Part shown: positions 38,420 through 49,033 of the stretch, in pieces
How positions within the stretch are numbered: position 1 is the first letter of the stretch
Layout of the letters: each line of letters begins with the position of its first letter
Assembly: GCF_036321535.1 (NCBI RefSeq)
Contig: NC_087447.1
Location: 46,936,001-47,000,000, forward strand
Source of the DNA: Camelus dromedarius
Taxonomy: Eukaryota
Direction: 5' to 3'
DNA: 64,000 bases
Translations under genes and position numbers: made by a program
Notes under the pieces: model-generated
What the model saw: only the letters and a program-made list of their open reading frames with translations
The model's database searches: none
Told to the model about the DNA's origin: nothing

Positions 38420-39050
38420 CGTGATAAGCGGCTGCTCGCACACCGCAACGCGGGGGCTATGCAGAGGGAACTGGGGCTTTTAAAGGGTTAGGAGCCCGGC
38501 CCGGTGTCGCCTCTGTAATCTGTTCCCTCCGGGCCTCCGTACTCAGTGAGCCCCTCAACCCGGCTCCCCTTATTCTGCAGGCTTTTCTCTGGGCCCCATG
38601 CCCCAGGGTCTCAGCCCTCAATCCCGAGCCCCGCCCGCGGCGGCCGCACCTGGTCCGAGTCCTCGTTCTCGCTGCTATAGCAGCACCCCATGGCGGGGGT
38701 CGGGCCGGGCGCTCAGGCCAAGCCGAGGAGGGACGGCGTCCGTCAGGAGCCCTTCCGGTCACATGACGCACGTCTGCATCCAGCAAGTAACCACCGCCCG
38801 CACGCCTACCCCTTCCCAAAGCTGCTTCGCTGCCGCCGCTGCCGCCGGAACCTCGGCTTCCGGCCCCGCCCTCACCGCCTGATCCTCGCCAACCAATGGG
38901 AAGGCGCACCCTGCGTGACAGGCCGTGAGACACGTGATGCGAGGGGGGGCGGATCACATGAGTTCAGCCTCTTCCGGGTCTGAGCTGAAGACCTTCACTG
39001 CCCGGCTAGAGGCCATCGTGTGAGGTGTATTGTGTGATCGCGTGGCCACC
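38420..39050 (-). promoter_or_regulatory. LAMTOR1 CpG-island promoter with E-box/CLEAR-like cluster
   Basis: CpG-rich. GTCACATGAC 38758-38767, GACACGTGAT 38929-38938, ATCACATGAG 38953-38962, several CTTCCGG ETS cores, CCAAT and GC boxes. Confidence 0.8.
38650..38691 (-). CDS. LAMTOR1: LAMTOR1 exon 1 coding part; full CDS 161 aa (Ragulator subunit p18)
   Basis: GCCATGG Kozak, MGCCYSSENEDSDQ lipidation motif, donor CAG|GTGCGG. Exons sum 42+146+78+127+93 = 486 nt. Confidence 0.97.
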
Positions 39051-40094
39051 AGGCTACCTTTCAGGGCCAGTGAATGAATTCATACCAAATGCCGTCATGA
39101 AATGCTCTCCTAAATGCCTTGGAGGGCGAATGGGGGCCAGGTCATATGCTACAGGAGCGCATAGTGTGGGTACACACACCCACCCCCGAGTTGCCTGGCG
39201 CCAACTTGGTGGACATACAGAGGGTGTGGTACCCTACCTAGACTGGGAATATGAGACTTACTGGAAGAACGGACCTTAAACTTCCACATATCGAAACAGA
39301 GAAGCTCAATCCTGGTGGAGATGGAGGCCACCTCACTAATTTCCTTGCCCTCTGACATTTTTCTTCAATCTTGCCTTTTGACAGCATCATAGTAATCTGA
39401 CGCAAACCTTACCATCAATGCTCTTCTTAGAACCATCCCACATCTCCTCTTGGACTTTGAACACAAGTTCAAATCTGTCATTCAAGATCTTGCAGATCCT
39501 GACACTCACTCCAGGCCTGGGGTCTTGAAGCAGGGGTTGGGGGAATGCCTCATCAGCCACAGGGAAATATGTGGAGTTCCCTGATTGATTTCCTGGACTT
39601 TGCACACGTAGCCTGGCACAATGTCTCCACCAGGTCTGCCTGCCAAAACCCGTGTTCATGGAGCATGCATTCTAGTGACCACGTTATATTGTATTCTATG
39701 TTCCTGTGTCCATCTCTTCTACCAAAGGTAGAAGAGGGCACAGGGACAGGGTCTGACTCTTCTTTGTGACCCAAGCCTTGGCACCTGCTTAGAAAAAACT
39801 TGAATTTGGAATTTATGAGTAAATTACAACCTTCCCGTCACCTTGGCTCACACCATACCCCATGTCCTGAACCAAGGAGTTGGAGGAAAGGTCACCAAAC
39901 CCAGTAGCTATGTTACCCCTCAAATCAAGACCCTGGAGTTCTGTTAGTTCTTTGAGAGCTCCTAAAGGGTAGGAAATAGCTCTAGCTTGTCCCTGGGGTT
40001 GGTAACTTGAACTGCAGGTCTCAGGTGACAGCAGCAGCCTCAGCATCAATAATTGAGAGCAGGTCCAACCTGCCTCAGGGTTCTTCCCCACCCC

Positions 40095-40153
40095 AAGGAC
40101 TCCTCCACCTGTCCTATGCTCTGGTCTTCCCCAAACAGAAGCATCCAGCCCAG
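40095..40153 (+). other. TOMT: Probable TOMT upstream non-coding exon (counterpart of the human LRTOMT linker exon); 5' boundary uncertain
   Basis: Strong donor CCCAG|GTAAGC at 40153/40154. Translates GLLHLSYALV, similar to the remembered human LRTOMT2 segment GLPDLSCALV. Confidence 0.55.
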
Positions 40154-41022
40154 GTAAGCAGGGCCCTTGAGTGTGGGTTCCCAAGCATACCAGTTCAAGC
40201 TCACCATCACTCACTTATTCACCATATTCATATACTACCATTGACCTCCAAAGGGCCAAATGGTCCAGGACATGGGAGAAAATGGGGCACTTACCCCCCA
40301 TAGGTTCAGGATGGGGGGGAGGGGGAGAAGAGGCTGACTGGGGGAAAACTGTGTGCTGTGTATCCAAATATGAAGGGAATTCTGAGAGAGAACAGAAGAG
40401 GGGAGTGCAGGCAGGGGGAGATAGGACTGGAGAAGAAACACAGAATCAAGGACTCTTCCCACCCCAGGGAAGAGCAGACACAGGGAGAGCCTGGGTTGGT
40501 AAGGACAACTCATCCTAACATCCTATGAAGTTAAGTGTTTTGACTGCCTTTTACTGAGGCAGAGCAGTGACAGTGAAGGGATTTCTGACTACAAGGTCGT
40601 GCTCTTTTGCTACAGAGTAATGTGTAAGAGGAGACCAAGCAGGCAGGAGGTGGGGTGGGAGGATAACTCAGAAGGAACCGGTGAAAGGGGTCCTGAAGAA
40701 GGGTGCCTACAGAGATGAGGGAAAACAGGTGGAGGGAGCAAGTGAAATGGACCAGGGGCTGGAAGTGGGAAGAGGTAGTTTGGGGTTGGGTGAATTTAGA
40801 CAGCATGAAGTCCTTGGAAGTACATGGGCTTGGAATCAGACCAGCTTGGATTCAAATCCTAGTTCTGCTGTGTGACGTTAGACAAAAGACATAGACTTTC
40901 TGAGCCAAAGTTTGTAAAATACAGGAATAATCATTGCTACTGGTAAGGGCTGCACAAATGACAGGGAAATGGCAGGTGTGGGTTTCCCTCCCTCCCTTCA
41001 CCCCAGGGCCCAGGTAGGGACC

Positions 41023-41281
41023 ATGTCCCCCGCCATTGCGCTGGCCTTCCTGCCACTGGTGGTGACATTGCTAGTGAGGTACCGGCACCACTTCCGACTG
41101 CTGGTACGCACGGTCTTGCTGCGGAGAATCCGAGACTGCCTGTCAGGGCTGCAGATTGAGGAGCGGGCCTTCAGCTATGTGCTCACCCATGCCCTGCCTG
41201 GGGACCCTGGTCACATCCTCACCACCCTGGACCACTGGAGCAGCCACTGCGAGTACCTAAGCCACATGGGGCCTGTCAAAG
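41023..41281 (+). CDS. TOMT: TOMT coding exon 1 (exon starts 41007); full CDS join 41023-41281,42511-42707,43192-43512 = 258 aa transmembrane O-methyltransferase
   Basis: [22 protein letters not shown] anchor through [11 protein letters not shown]; donor G|GTCAGT. The joined CDS is 777 nt. Confidence 0.96.
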
Positions 41282-42162
41282 GTCAGTGTTCCCTAGCCTT
41301 CTACTCTAGAGCACCTCCAAGATGGTGAAGGAAGATTTGGGATCTGCTGCTGCCTTGCTGGGTGAATTGGGCAGGTTCTTGATCCTCTATGGGTCTCTTT
41401 TTTCTCCTATGGAAACAAGGGGGCTGGGCAAAGTTATTCAGTCATCTAGTAAAGTTTATCGCCACCTCTTTTGTACCAAGCATGTACTAGGTCCTGGGGG
41501 AGAAGGAAGTAGAAGCCATAGGAATGACTCAGCCAGAAGTGCTGGCCTCAAAGGGGGCATGATACAGGGGAATAACCATGTCAGCACACAACACATAGCT
41601 TGTAGTTATCTATGGCTAAGTCTTTCTCCCTGATCATGGGGGCTCCTCCATCCTATTCAGGGTAGCTACCTGGATTTGTCTGAGTCCCAGCTCCTAGCAC
41701 ATGTGTTTTTAGTCTTATTTAAGAAATTCACCCAATTCAACGGTTAGACAGATACTCAATGAACAAAACAAGGGGGAATGAAAATAGAAGTTCTGGCACA
41801 GATCTCTCAGGAGCCCAGACAATTGTCTCAGAAGCCTAGTGGTTGTTTCTGCCTAGGCCCTCCTAGAGACAACATATGAACTGAGCCTAAAGGGATTGCT
41901 TTTGAGTTAGCCAGGTAATTGAGGATAGAGGAGGGGAAGGGCAAAGCCAGCCACATATATAAATGTGGCATGAAGGAATGAGCTAGCATGATTGACTCTG
42001 GGCAGCATTGTTCACGATGGCAGTGGAATGGGCTATATAGGTGGGAAGAATTGAGAGCTGAAACTGGAAAGGTAGGATAGGATCAGGTCCAAGAAGGTCC
42101 TGAATGTCAGGGTGAGGATCCCAAGTTCAGTCCCAAAGGCTTTAGGACCATGGAGGGAAGGA

Positions 42163-42260
42163 GGGGAGGAAGTATAGCTCAGTAGTAGAGTGAATGCTTA
42201 GCATGCATGAGGTCCTGGGTTCAATCCCTAGCACCTCCATTTAAAAAAAAAAAAGAAAAA
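42163..42260 (+). mobile_element. tRNA-derived SINE (camelid Vic-type) in TOMT intron
   Basis: GTATAGCTCAGTAGTAGAG...GGTTCAATCCCTAGCACCTCC followed by poly(A). Confidence 0.85.
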
Positions 42261-42510
42261 GGATCATAGGAACCAGGGAATGATAGGGTAAGATTTGTTA
42301 GATTTCTAGTGGCTGGTGTGAAGGAGGCAAGCTTGGAGGGGAAGGGAGACTAGTAGGGCTGCTTGGCTGCTGAGACTATAATCCAAGAAAGAGATGAGAC
42401 TCCAGCTGGTTGGGGAATGCAGTGAGGCAAGTGGACATTTGAGATCCCTTTCTATGAGCGGCCCTGCATCCATCTCCCATGTCTGCTGCAATAGCCATCT
42501 TCCCTGACAG

Positions 42511-42707
42511 GTCAAATCCTGACACGGCTGGTGGAGGAGAAAGCCCCTGCTTGTGCACTGGAGCTGGGCACCTACTGTGGGTACTCCACACTGTTAATTG
42601 CCCGTGCCCTGCCCCCTGGGGGCCACCTTCTCACCGTGGAGCGGAACCCACGCACGGCAGCAGTGGCTGAAAAACTCATCCGCCTGGCTGGCTTCAACGA
42701 CCACACG
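42511..42707 (+). CDS. TOMT: TOMT coding exon 2 (SAM-binding motif)
   Basis: [37 protein letters not shown]...LAGFNDHT, with the COMT-family ELGTYCGYS motif. Confidence 0.96.
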
Positions 42708-43116
42708 GTCAGCCCCCACCTCCCCAACCCTGGTCTCTTTTCTGCCACCTCCACTTGCCCTAGCCAGCCTCCCCTGTGGGAGAATCCTACCCAGGAGAAG
42801 GAAACAGCTCCACTTAGGGAACTGTGGCCCTGGAGAGTGCATGAGCTCTTGTCCTCCTGTTCCAAATCATTGGCACATATTTGCTGCTGGACAACAAAGT
42901 TAAGAGGAAGGTCTCTGGAGCCCAGCAAATCTGACCATACCCGAGTCTGCCTCTTCTTAGCTGTGTGATCTTGGGCAAAGCATTTATCCTCTGAATCTCA
43001 GCTTCTTCACTGGCAGAATGGAAATCACAATGTGAATCCAGACTTCTTGGGTTCTGAGGCCAGAGTAAATGTGAGAACATTCGGGGGTACCTAGGCCAGG
43101 GCCTGGCACAAAGTAA

Positions 43117-43512
<396 letters not shown>

Positions 43513-44207
43513 GGTCCAGGCCCAGGGAAACTTACTGCTGCCTCCCCCTCCACTCCCACCCAAGCAAGGACATCAGAACATCCTCCTCCCAACCCCTCCC
43601 TGCTGGTGGAATGATATATGCGGGCTCAGGTCTAGGGAGGCTCTCCTCCCACCTCTGCCCACTCTGGCCCCACACTGACTGGAGGACTCAAGTTCTTTCA
43701 GGTTGCTTGATCCCACTGGTCCCTCTCCTTCCAGAGAGAGCCATGAAATGACTGGCAAGAGGCTGGAGCTCTCAGCCCAGCCCTGTCACTGATTTGCTGG
43801 GTGACTCCATGGGAGATCCTGCCCTGCTCTGAGATTTAATTTGTTCTCTTAACACCAAGGAAGCTGACTAGGAGAGCCCCAGAGGCCTCTTGGTTCTGGG
43901 CCTCAGAAAGTCCCTCCCCGCCCCCCTGCCCAGGCCATTCCTGGTGGGATCAAAGGAACAGTAAACACCGGGTTAGAGGTCCTGCAGGAATGGCTGGGGG
44001 CAAGCTGGGCCAGAGGAAATGGCAGTGGAGCCTGGATACAGGGTCAGGCCCACCCTGGCCTTCCCTAGTCCCAGTGCATATGACCAGGTAGATTTGCCTG
44101 AGTCCCTTGAGTACCCTCTCCCTAAAGCTCAAAAGAAGATGCTGGACTCCCCTGGGTTCCACCAAGAAACAGGGAATAGACATGGGGGGAAAAATCAGTC
44201 CTGTGTC

Positions 44208-44216
44208 TTTATTAAA
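44208..44216. terminator. Overlapping poly(A) signals: AATAAA (minus, ANAPC15) and ATTAAA (plus, TOMT)
   Basis: TTTATTAAA reads AATAAA on minus (44208-44213) and ATTAAA on plus (44211-44216). Confidence 0.65.
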
Positions 44217-44471
44217 GAGAATTAAAAAGAGATTAGATATGGAAGTCAAGGGGTGAGGTGCTGGCCAGAAAGATGGAGTGGGCTCAGGCCCTGAGGATTC
44301 AAGGGCAGACTGATGGCGTGGGAGGAGCCTTGGAGACCAGGTCCTGGCAGCAGCTGATGAGTGCTCAAGGCTGAGCTTTCAGGCACTGGAGGGTGATCAG
44401 CTGGTTCTTCAGGGGTCCAGGGTAGGCCGGGCTGGCCTGGAATCTCCTGGAGACCACCCTGCCTTGTCTAC

Positions 44472-44519
44472 CTAGATCATCCACTGATCCTGATCCTGTT
44501 CATTGCCCTCCATGTCCAC
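44472..44519 (-). CDS. ANAPC15: ANAPC15 last coding exon
   Basis: VDMEGNEQDQDQWMI followed by TAG. Confidence 0.95.
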   Translation of the reverse strand: MDMEGNEQDQDQWMI

Positions 44520-44679
44520 CTGGAGAGGAGGCAGGGTGTGGGTGGGGAAGGGCCTCAACCACCCAACCAGCCCCAGATCCTGCCCCTGGTTTGATCCAGG
44601 GTTTCTATATCCGTTGGCTGCCAGTTAGGGCAGGGGCAGGGGCCCAGGAGCAGAGGCCCTCCCCAACATGCCTACCTAC

Positions 44680-44817
44680 CTCATTGACCTCTCCATCATC
44701 AGGTGACTCATTGTAGTCATTCATCTCATCCATGTCCTGCATGTCCTCATCATCCTCTGAGTCCTCTTCACTATCTTCGTCATCATCTTCATCTTCCTCT
44801 TCCTCATCATCATAGTG
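44680..44817 (-). CDS. ANAPC15: ANAPC15 coding exon 3 (acidic tract)
   Basis: [46 protein letters not shown]; donor GTAGGT. Confidence 0.96.
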
Positions 44818-45124
44818 CTGGTGAGGCAGGGAAGAGCCTGTAGGTTCTACAAGTAGGCCTGGACCAGTTCCAGGATTGGCCCACCTGGAGCCTCTCCCTG
44901 GGAGCAACGAATGAGCCCCACTCCCCAAACCTGTCCCACTGGAGTCTAGCAGGGTGGTGCACACCACCTGGACCTTAGTGCTGAGCCTAGTGCCCACCCC
45001 CTCTGCTTCCCCTTTCTGGCTTCTACCCAGAGCTGAGGAACCATGACTGCTCTAGAGTCAGAGGCTAGACCTTCAGAATTAGAGCACAGCCCTAGTCCAC
45101 CTGGGACCCACCTAGCTCCACCTA

Positions 45125-45256
<132 letters not shown>

Positions 45257-45731
45257 TCAGGGGCAATGGACTGGCTCATCCTGCCCCCAAGAAAACCCAC
45301 AAGTGTGGAGGAGAAGCTTCCTTCCAGTTCTCAGGAAAATTCAATCCCTTTCTCTCTTGTTATCTACCACTGGCTTATGAACTTGATCCAATTACATAAA
45401 CTTATAAACTTTCTGGGCCTTGGTTTCCTCATAAGATTATGGTGAGGATGAAGTGAGAGACTATCAGCCCAGAACATGGTATCTGCTAGGTCCTCAATAA
45501 ACAGTCAAAATTATTATTTCCTATGCTTTAGGGTAAAGAGCCTCAGCTCCAATCTGGCCTAGAGGTCCCATGGTCCCCTAGCAAATTAGGATAACACAAA
45601 GGTGAGAACCTAAGCCCCCAGCTCCCAGCCTGATTCTTCCCAGTGCAGGTCTCCAGAGTAAGGTGGGGTCATGGCCAGTGATGAGGTGGCACTTGACTGA
45701 AGCTCCATCATAGTACTGCTTCCTCACTCAC

Positions 45732-45851
45732 CCAGGCCTGATGCTGCTGTTCTTGCTGCTGCAGTTCTGTCTCCTCCACACAGGGTCGATCCAGATTAAA
45801 CCACAGTGTCTCAGTCACACGGGGGAAGAGTGAGGGGAACAAGGTGGACAT
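45732..45851 (-). CDS. ANAPC15: ANAPC15 coding exon 1 (exon starts 45861); full CDS 121 aa, APC/C subunit 15
   Basis: [40 protein letters not shown]. Exons sum 120+60+138+48 = 366 nt. Confidence 0.96.
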
Positions 45852-45984
45852 GGCTTCTAGACTGAGGGAAAGGGTCAAGTGAATTCAGGTCTTAGAAGTG
45901 TTTGGTTTTGGTTTTATTTGGTTACAGTTTGGTCTGGGGATGGGGTGGAGTGGAAGGTAGTGGGGAAGCAGCTCTTCCCTGTGG

Positions 45985-46110
45985 GAATCAGATAGACCTG
46001 AGTTTGAGTCCTGGCTCCACCACTTACTAGCTGTTTGACCTTGGCCAAATCATTTAACCTCTCTGAGCCTCAGTTTCCTCATCTGTAAAATGGGGGATAA
46101 TAACAATTAC
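45985..46110. mobile_element. MIR SINE fragment
   Basis: MIR core ACCTTGGCCAAATCATTTAACCTCTCTGAGCCTCAGTTTCCTCATCTGTAAAATGGGG. Confidence 0.85.
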
Positions 46111-47269
46111 ACCACTTCACTTTTATTCTGATAAGTAATTTACTTTATGAATAAGTAAAGCTGTTTGTAAGCTCGTCAAGGAGCGAAGAAAATGGAAGCC
46201 AAATGTAGAGAGAGGAATCCAGAATGCAGACTGGCATAAAATTCCACAAAATTAAAGATGGCAGGGCTCTGCTGAAACTCTTATCTACCTCCTCCAAACA
46301 TGAGACCTACTTTTTGCTTGTCTATGATGCTCCACAGCATGCCCAACCAGTGTCAGAAATTTAGTACACTAACCACCTTTCTAATGAACTACAAATTGTG
46401 AGGGGGTGTAGGGGCCATGATGGGTTAGGGCGCGCTCGGAGGTGTTAACAAGTACAACAGTAGCTCAGTAAGACAGTCTAAAGGCATGAATAAATGGATA
46501 AATAAGTAGATGGAAAAACTGAATGGACGAACTAATATGCGAGAGAACAAGTAACTTCAGCTTGGATTAAGCAGCTCAGGGGGCTGAGCAGTAAGGTCCC
46601 AGACAATGTGAGTTAAAACCTTTCAACCCATAGGAAAACTGAGGCCCAGGCGACAGGCAACGATGGGCTCTAGGTCACATAGTTGAGTTGGGGCATAGAA
46701 CTCCCGCGGGAACCAGACCCAAGGCGGGACACCAGAAATGAGCAGAAAGGGATCTATGTCTAGTTCTACTTTTGCCCTAACTTGGACCGATCCAGGGCCA
46801 GCCGCTGCCCTTCCGTGAACCTCAGCTTCCCGGCCCGTTTAATAGGAATAGCAACACCCGCCCTAACGTCCCAGAAGTACTGAGGGGCCAGAGAACAAGG
46901 CTCTGAAAGCCCAATTCCTTGCCGCAAAGCCACCTCCCTTTCTTTGCTTATTATGATAATAACCTTGGAATTGACCAACCGGAAGAAGACAGGGGCGGGA
47001 TTCGGGCAGGCATTTGCCCTTATAAGGCTGCTAATCGCTAAAGGAGCGGGGCTAGAGTAAGGCCAATTAACTGGAAGGAATGTAGGGTGACAGGAAGAGA
47101 CACCAATGAGTGACGGATCTTGTGTGACGGGGTGGGGCTTAGTCTTGAGGAAGCGGCCAATGAGCTGGAGCTCTTTAATGTTAAAGGGAGTCTGAACAGG
47201 GAGCTCCTGAGGAGGTGGGTCAGGGGAACAGGGTTTCTTTAGGGAGGGGAGGAAGGAACGGGCAAGGGG

Positions 47270-47570
47270 ACAACAGCCGAGGCTTTGCTTCTGTACTTAC
47301 CACGCCGGGATGCTGTAGCCGGCGGCGACCCGGAAGCACTTCCCTCTGCCTGAGCGGAAGAACCCACCAGAATCCGGAACACACTAAACGCATGCGTCTT
47401 TGGTTTTCTATTGTTTTCCCCTCCCGCCCACCAGACCGGATGTGACGTTACATACGTTTGTCACGTGTTAGGTGGATATTTGGCGCGCGTGCTCTATTGG
47501 CCCCGCCTTGAGTTTCAGCCAGTCGGCCGCTCCAGCCTGGCCCCGCCCCAACGGCCCCGCCTCTCTGTCT
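47270..47570 (-). promoter_or_regulatory. ANAPC15 CpG-rich promoter
   Basis: Several ETS cores (CCGGAAG, GCGGAAG, CCGGATGT), NRF1-like CGCATGCG 47389-47396, TGACGT, GTCACGTG, reverse CCAAT and three GC boxes. Confidence 0.8.
47301..47390 (-). other. ANAPC15: ANAPC15 non-coding exon 1 (5' end approximate)
   Basis: Minus-strand donor GTG|GTAAGT at 47301/47300 inside the CpG-rich promoter. Confidence 0.65.
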
Positions 47571-48495
47571 CCAGGCAGTAGTTGCTTGGCAATCCCTCCT
47601 GCAAAATATTCGGGGTTAGCCAGCTTCAGTACTAGAACTGTTTGTCCTGCTGTGTCCCGGGAAAATTAGGCTACTTCTACCCTAGAATCGCTGGGTGATT
47701 TTGAATGCCCCTCTTGTCTGTCCTCTCTCGCTCTCAGTTTCCCGTTTGGAAGCATATATGGATTTACGTATGCCTTCAACAAATTTGAGTCCCTACCATA
47801 TTTCATATTCCAGGCCCTGGTAGAAGCTGGGATTAAATCTAGGAACATGGCCACTACCCCGCAAAGACTTAACAGTCCAGAGGGGAAGCCAGACTCTACA
47901 GACCTGTAATGGACTCGCTAGTCTCTTAAGATTGTCCAGTTCTGCATTCGACATTTTTTAAGGGCTTGAGTGATTCATCACTCAGTTTCGGGCGCTGCAT
48001 TCTGCTGCTGGGGAATTCAGCTGCCCTCTCCAGGCCTGGGCCAAATCTGCTTAGTAGTCAGCCTCCTCGTATCTCTCCCACTCCTTTGTTGATGCCTCTG
48101 TTCCAGTAACCTCTGACTCAGCCTCTCCTTCAGAGATCCTTATGATTTTCTGGCAACGGGAGTCCTTCAAGCCAACCTCCATTACGCGCCATCAACCACC
48201 AGCCTCTTTCAGGGCCAGCAGTCACCCACAGTTCCAATCCTGCCCCGAATAGATGTGTGACCTTTAATAAATCCCTTTTCTGCATAAGACTCAGTTTCCT
48301 TTTCAACCAGTATCATAATCTCTGCCCAGCCTTCCTCCTATCCTGGGCTGATGAAGTAACATGTTTAAGAGGTAGTGTACTGTGCATATTGACTGTAAAT
48401 GTTGCCAAGCTGTTCTTGATTGTTACAAAATTTTTAATTAGTAAAATTTGCCTCTTGGAAATGTCCACCCTTTTCATTCATTCATTCAACCAAAA

Positions 48496-49033
48496 TGTGG
48501 AGCTAGATGGCACTCTCTGAAGCTGCTCTAAAATCATAAGACCCTGTCCACCCTGCTCCAGGGCTCTCCATGTGACTGAAGCAGACTGGCACCTTTAAAC
48601 CCCACTCCCCACTCTCTCCATATACCTGCATTTCTTTAAAGATAAAAACATCTTCCCTCAATGTGTGTTTACCATAACAAAATTAACCACCCCAGAAAAT
48701 GGCTAATCTCAAATGCCCTAGGTGGATAGGCCTCACATCCTCCATTAGCAGAGCCATAAATCCCATTACTCAGAGTAGCCCCCAACAGATCTTATAACCA
48801 ATCAGGTGCTTGTGCATGAATTGATCATGCAGCCTTGTGTTCACAGCTCCTTCCCCCCAATAAAAGACCCTGCATGTTCACCCTCAATCCTCACACAGGC
48901 ACCTCTCATCTGTGTGGCCTGCTGTTGCCTGTAGCAGCGTATCTATTAAACTTTACCTTTGTTCTTAACTCCTTGTGGTCTTTGGTAAATTCTTTTACTG
49001 CCTGTGCACTGATCTGCTGTGTGTCCTACAACA
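48496..49033 (+). mobile_element. Solo LTR inserted into an L2 3' end
   Basis: TG...CA termini, flanks CAAAA/CAATA, internal CCAAT, AATAAAA and ATTAAA. Interrupts an L2 tail (CATTCATTCATTCAAC). Confidence 0.6.

Noticed and set aside
46289..46376. Possible ANAPC15 non-coding exon 2
   Set aside because: Several alternative weak AG/GT pairs, and boundaries cannot be fixed from sequence alone.
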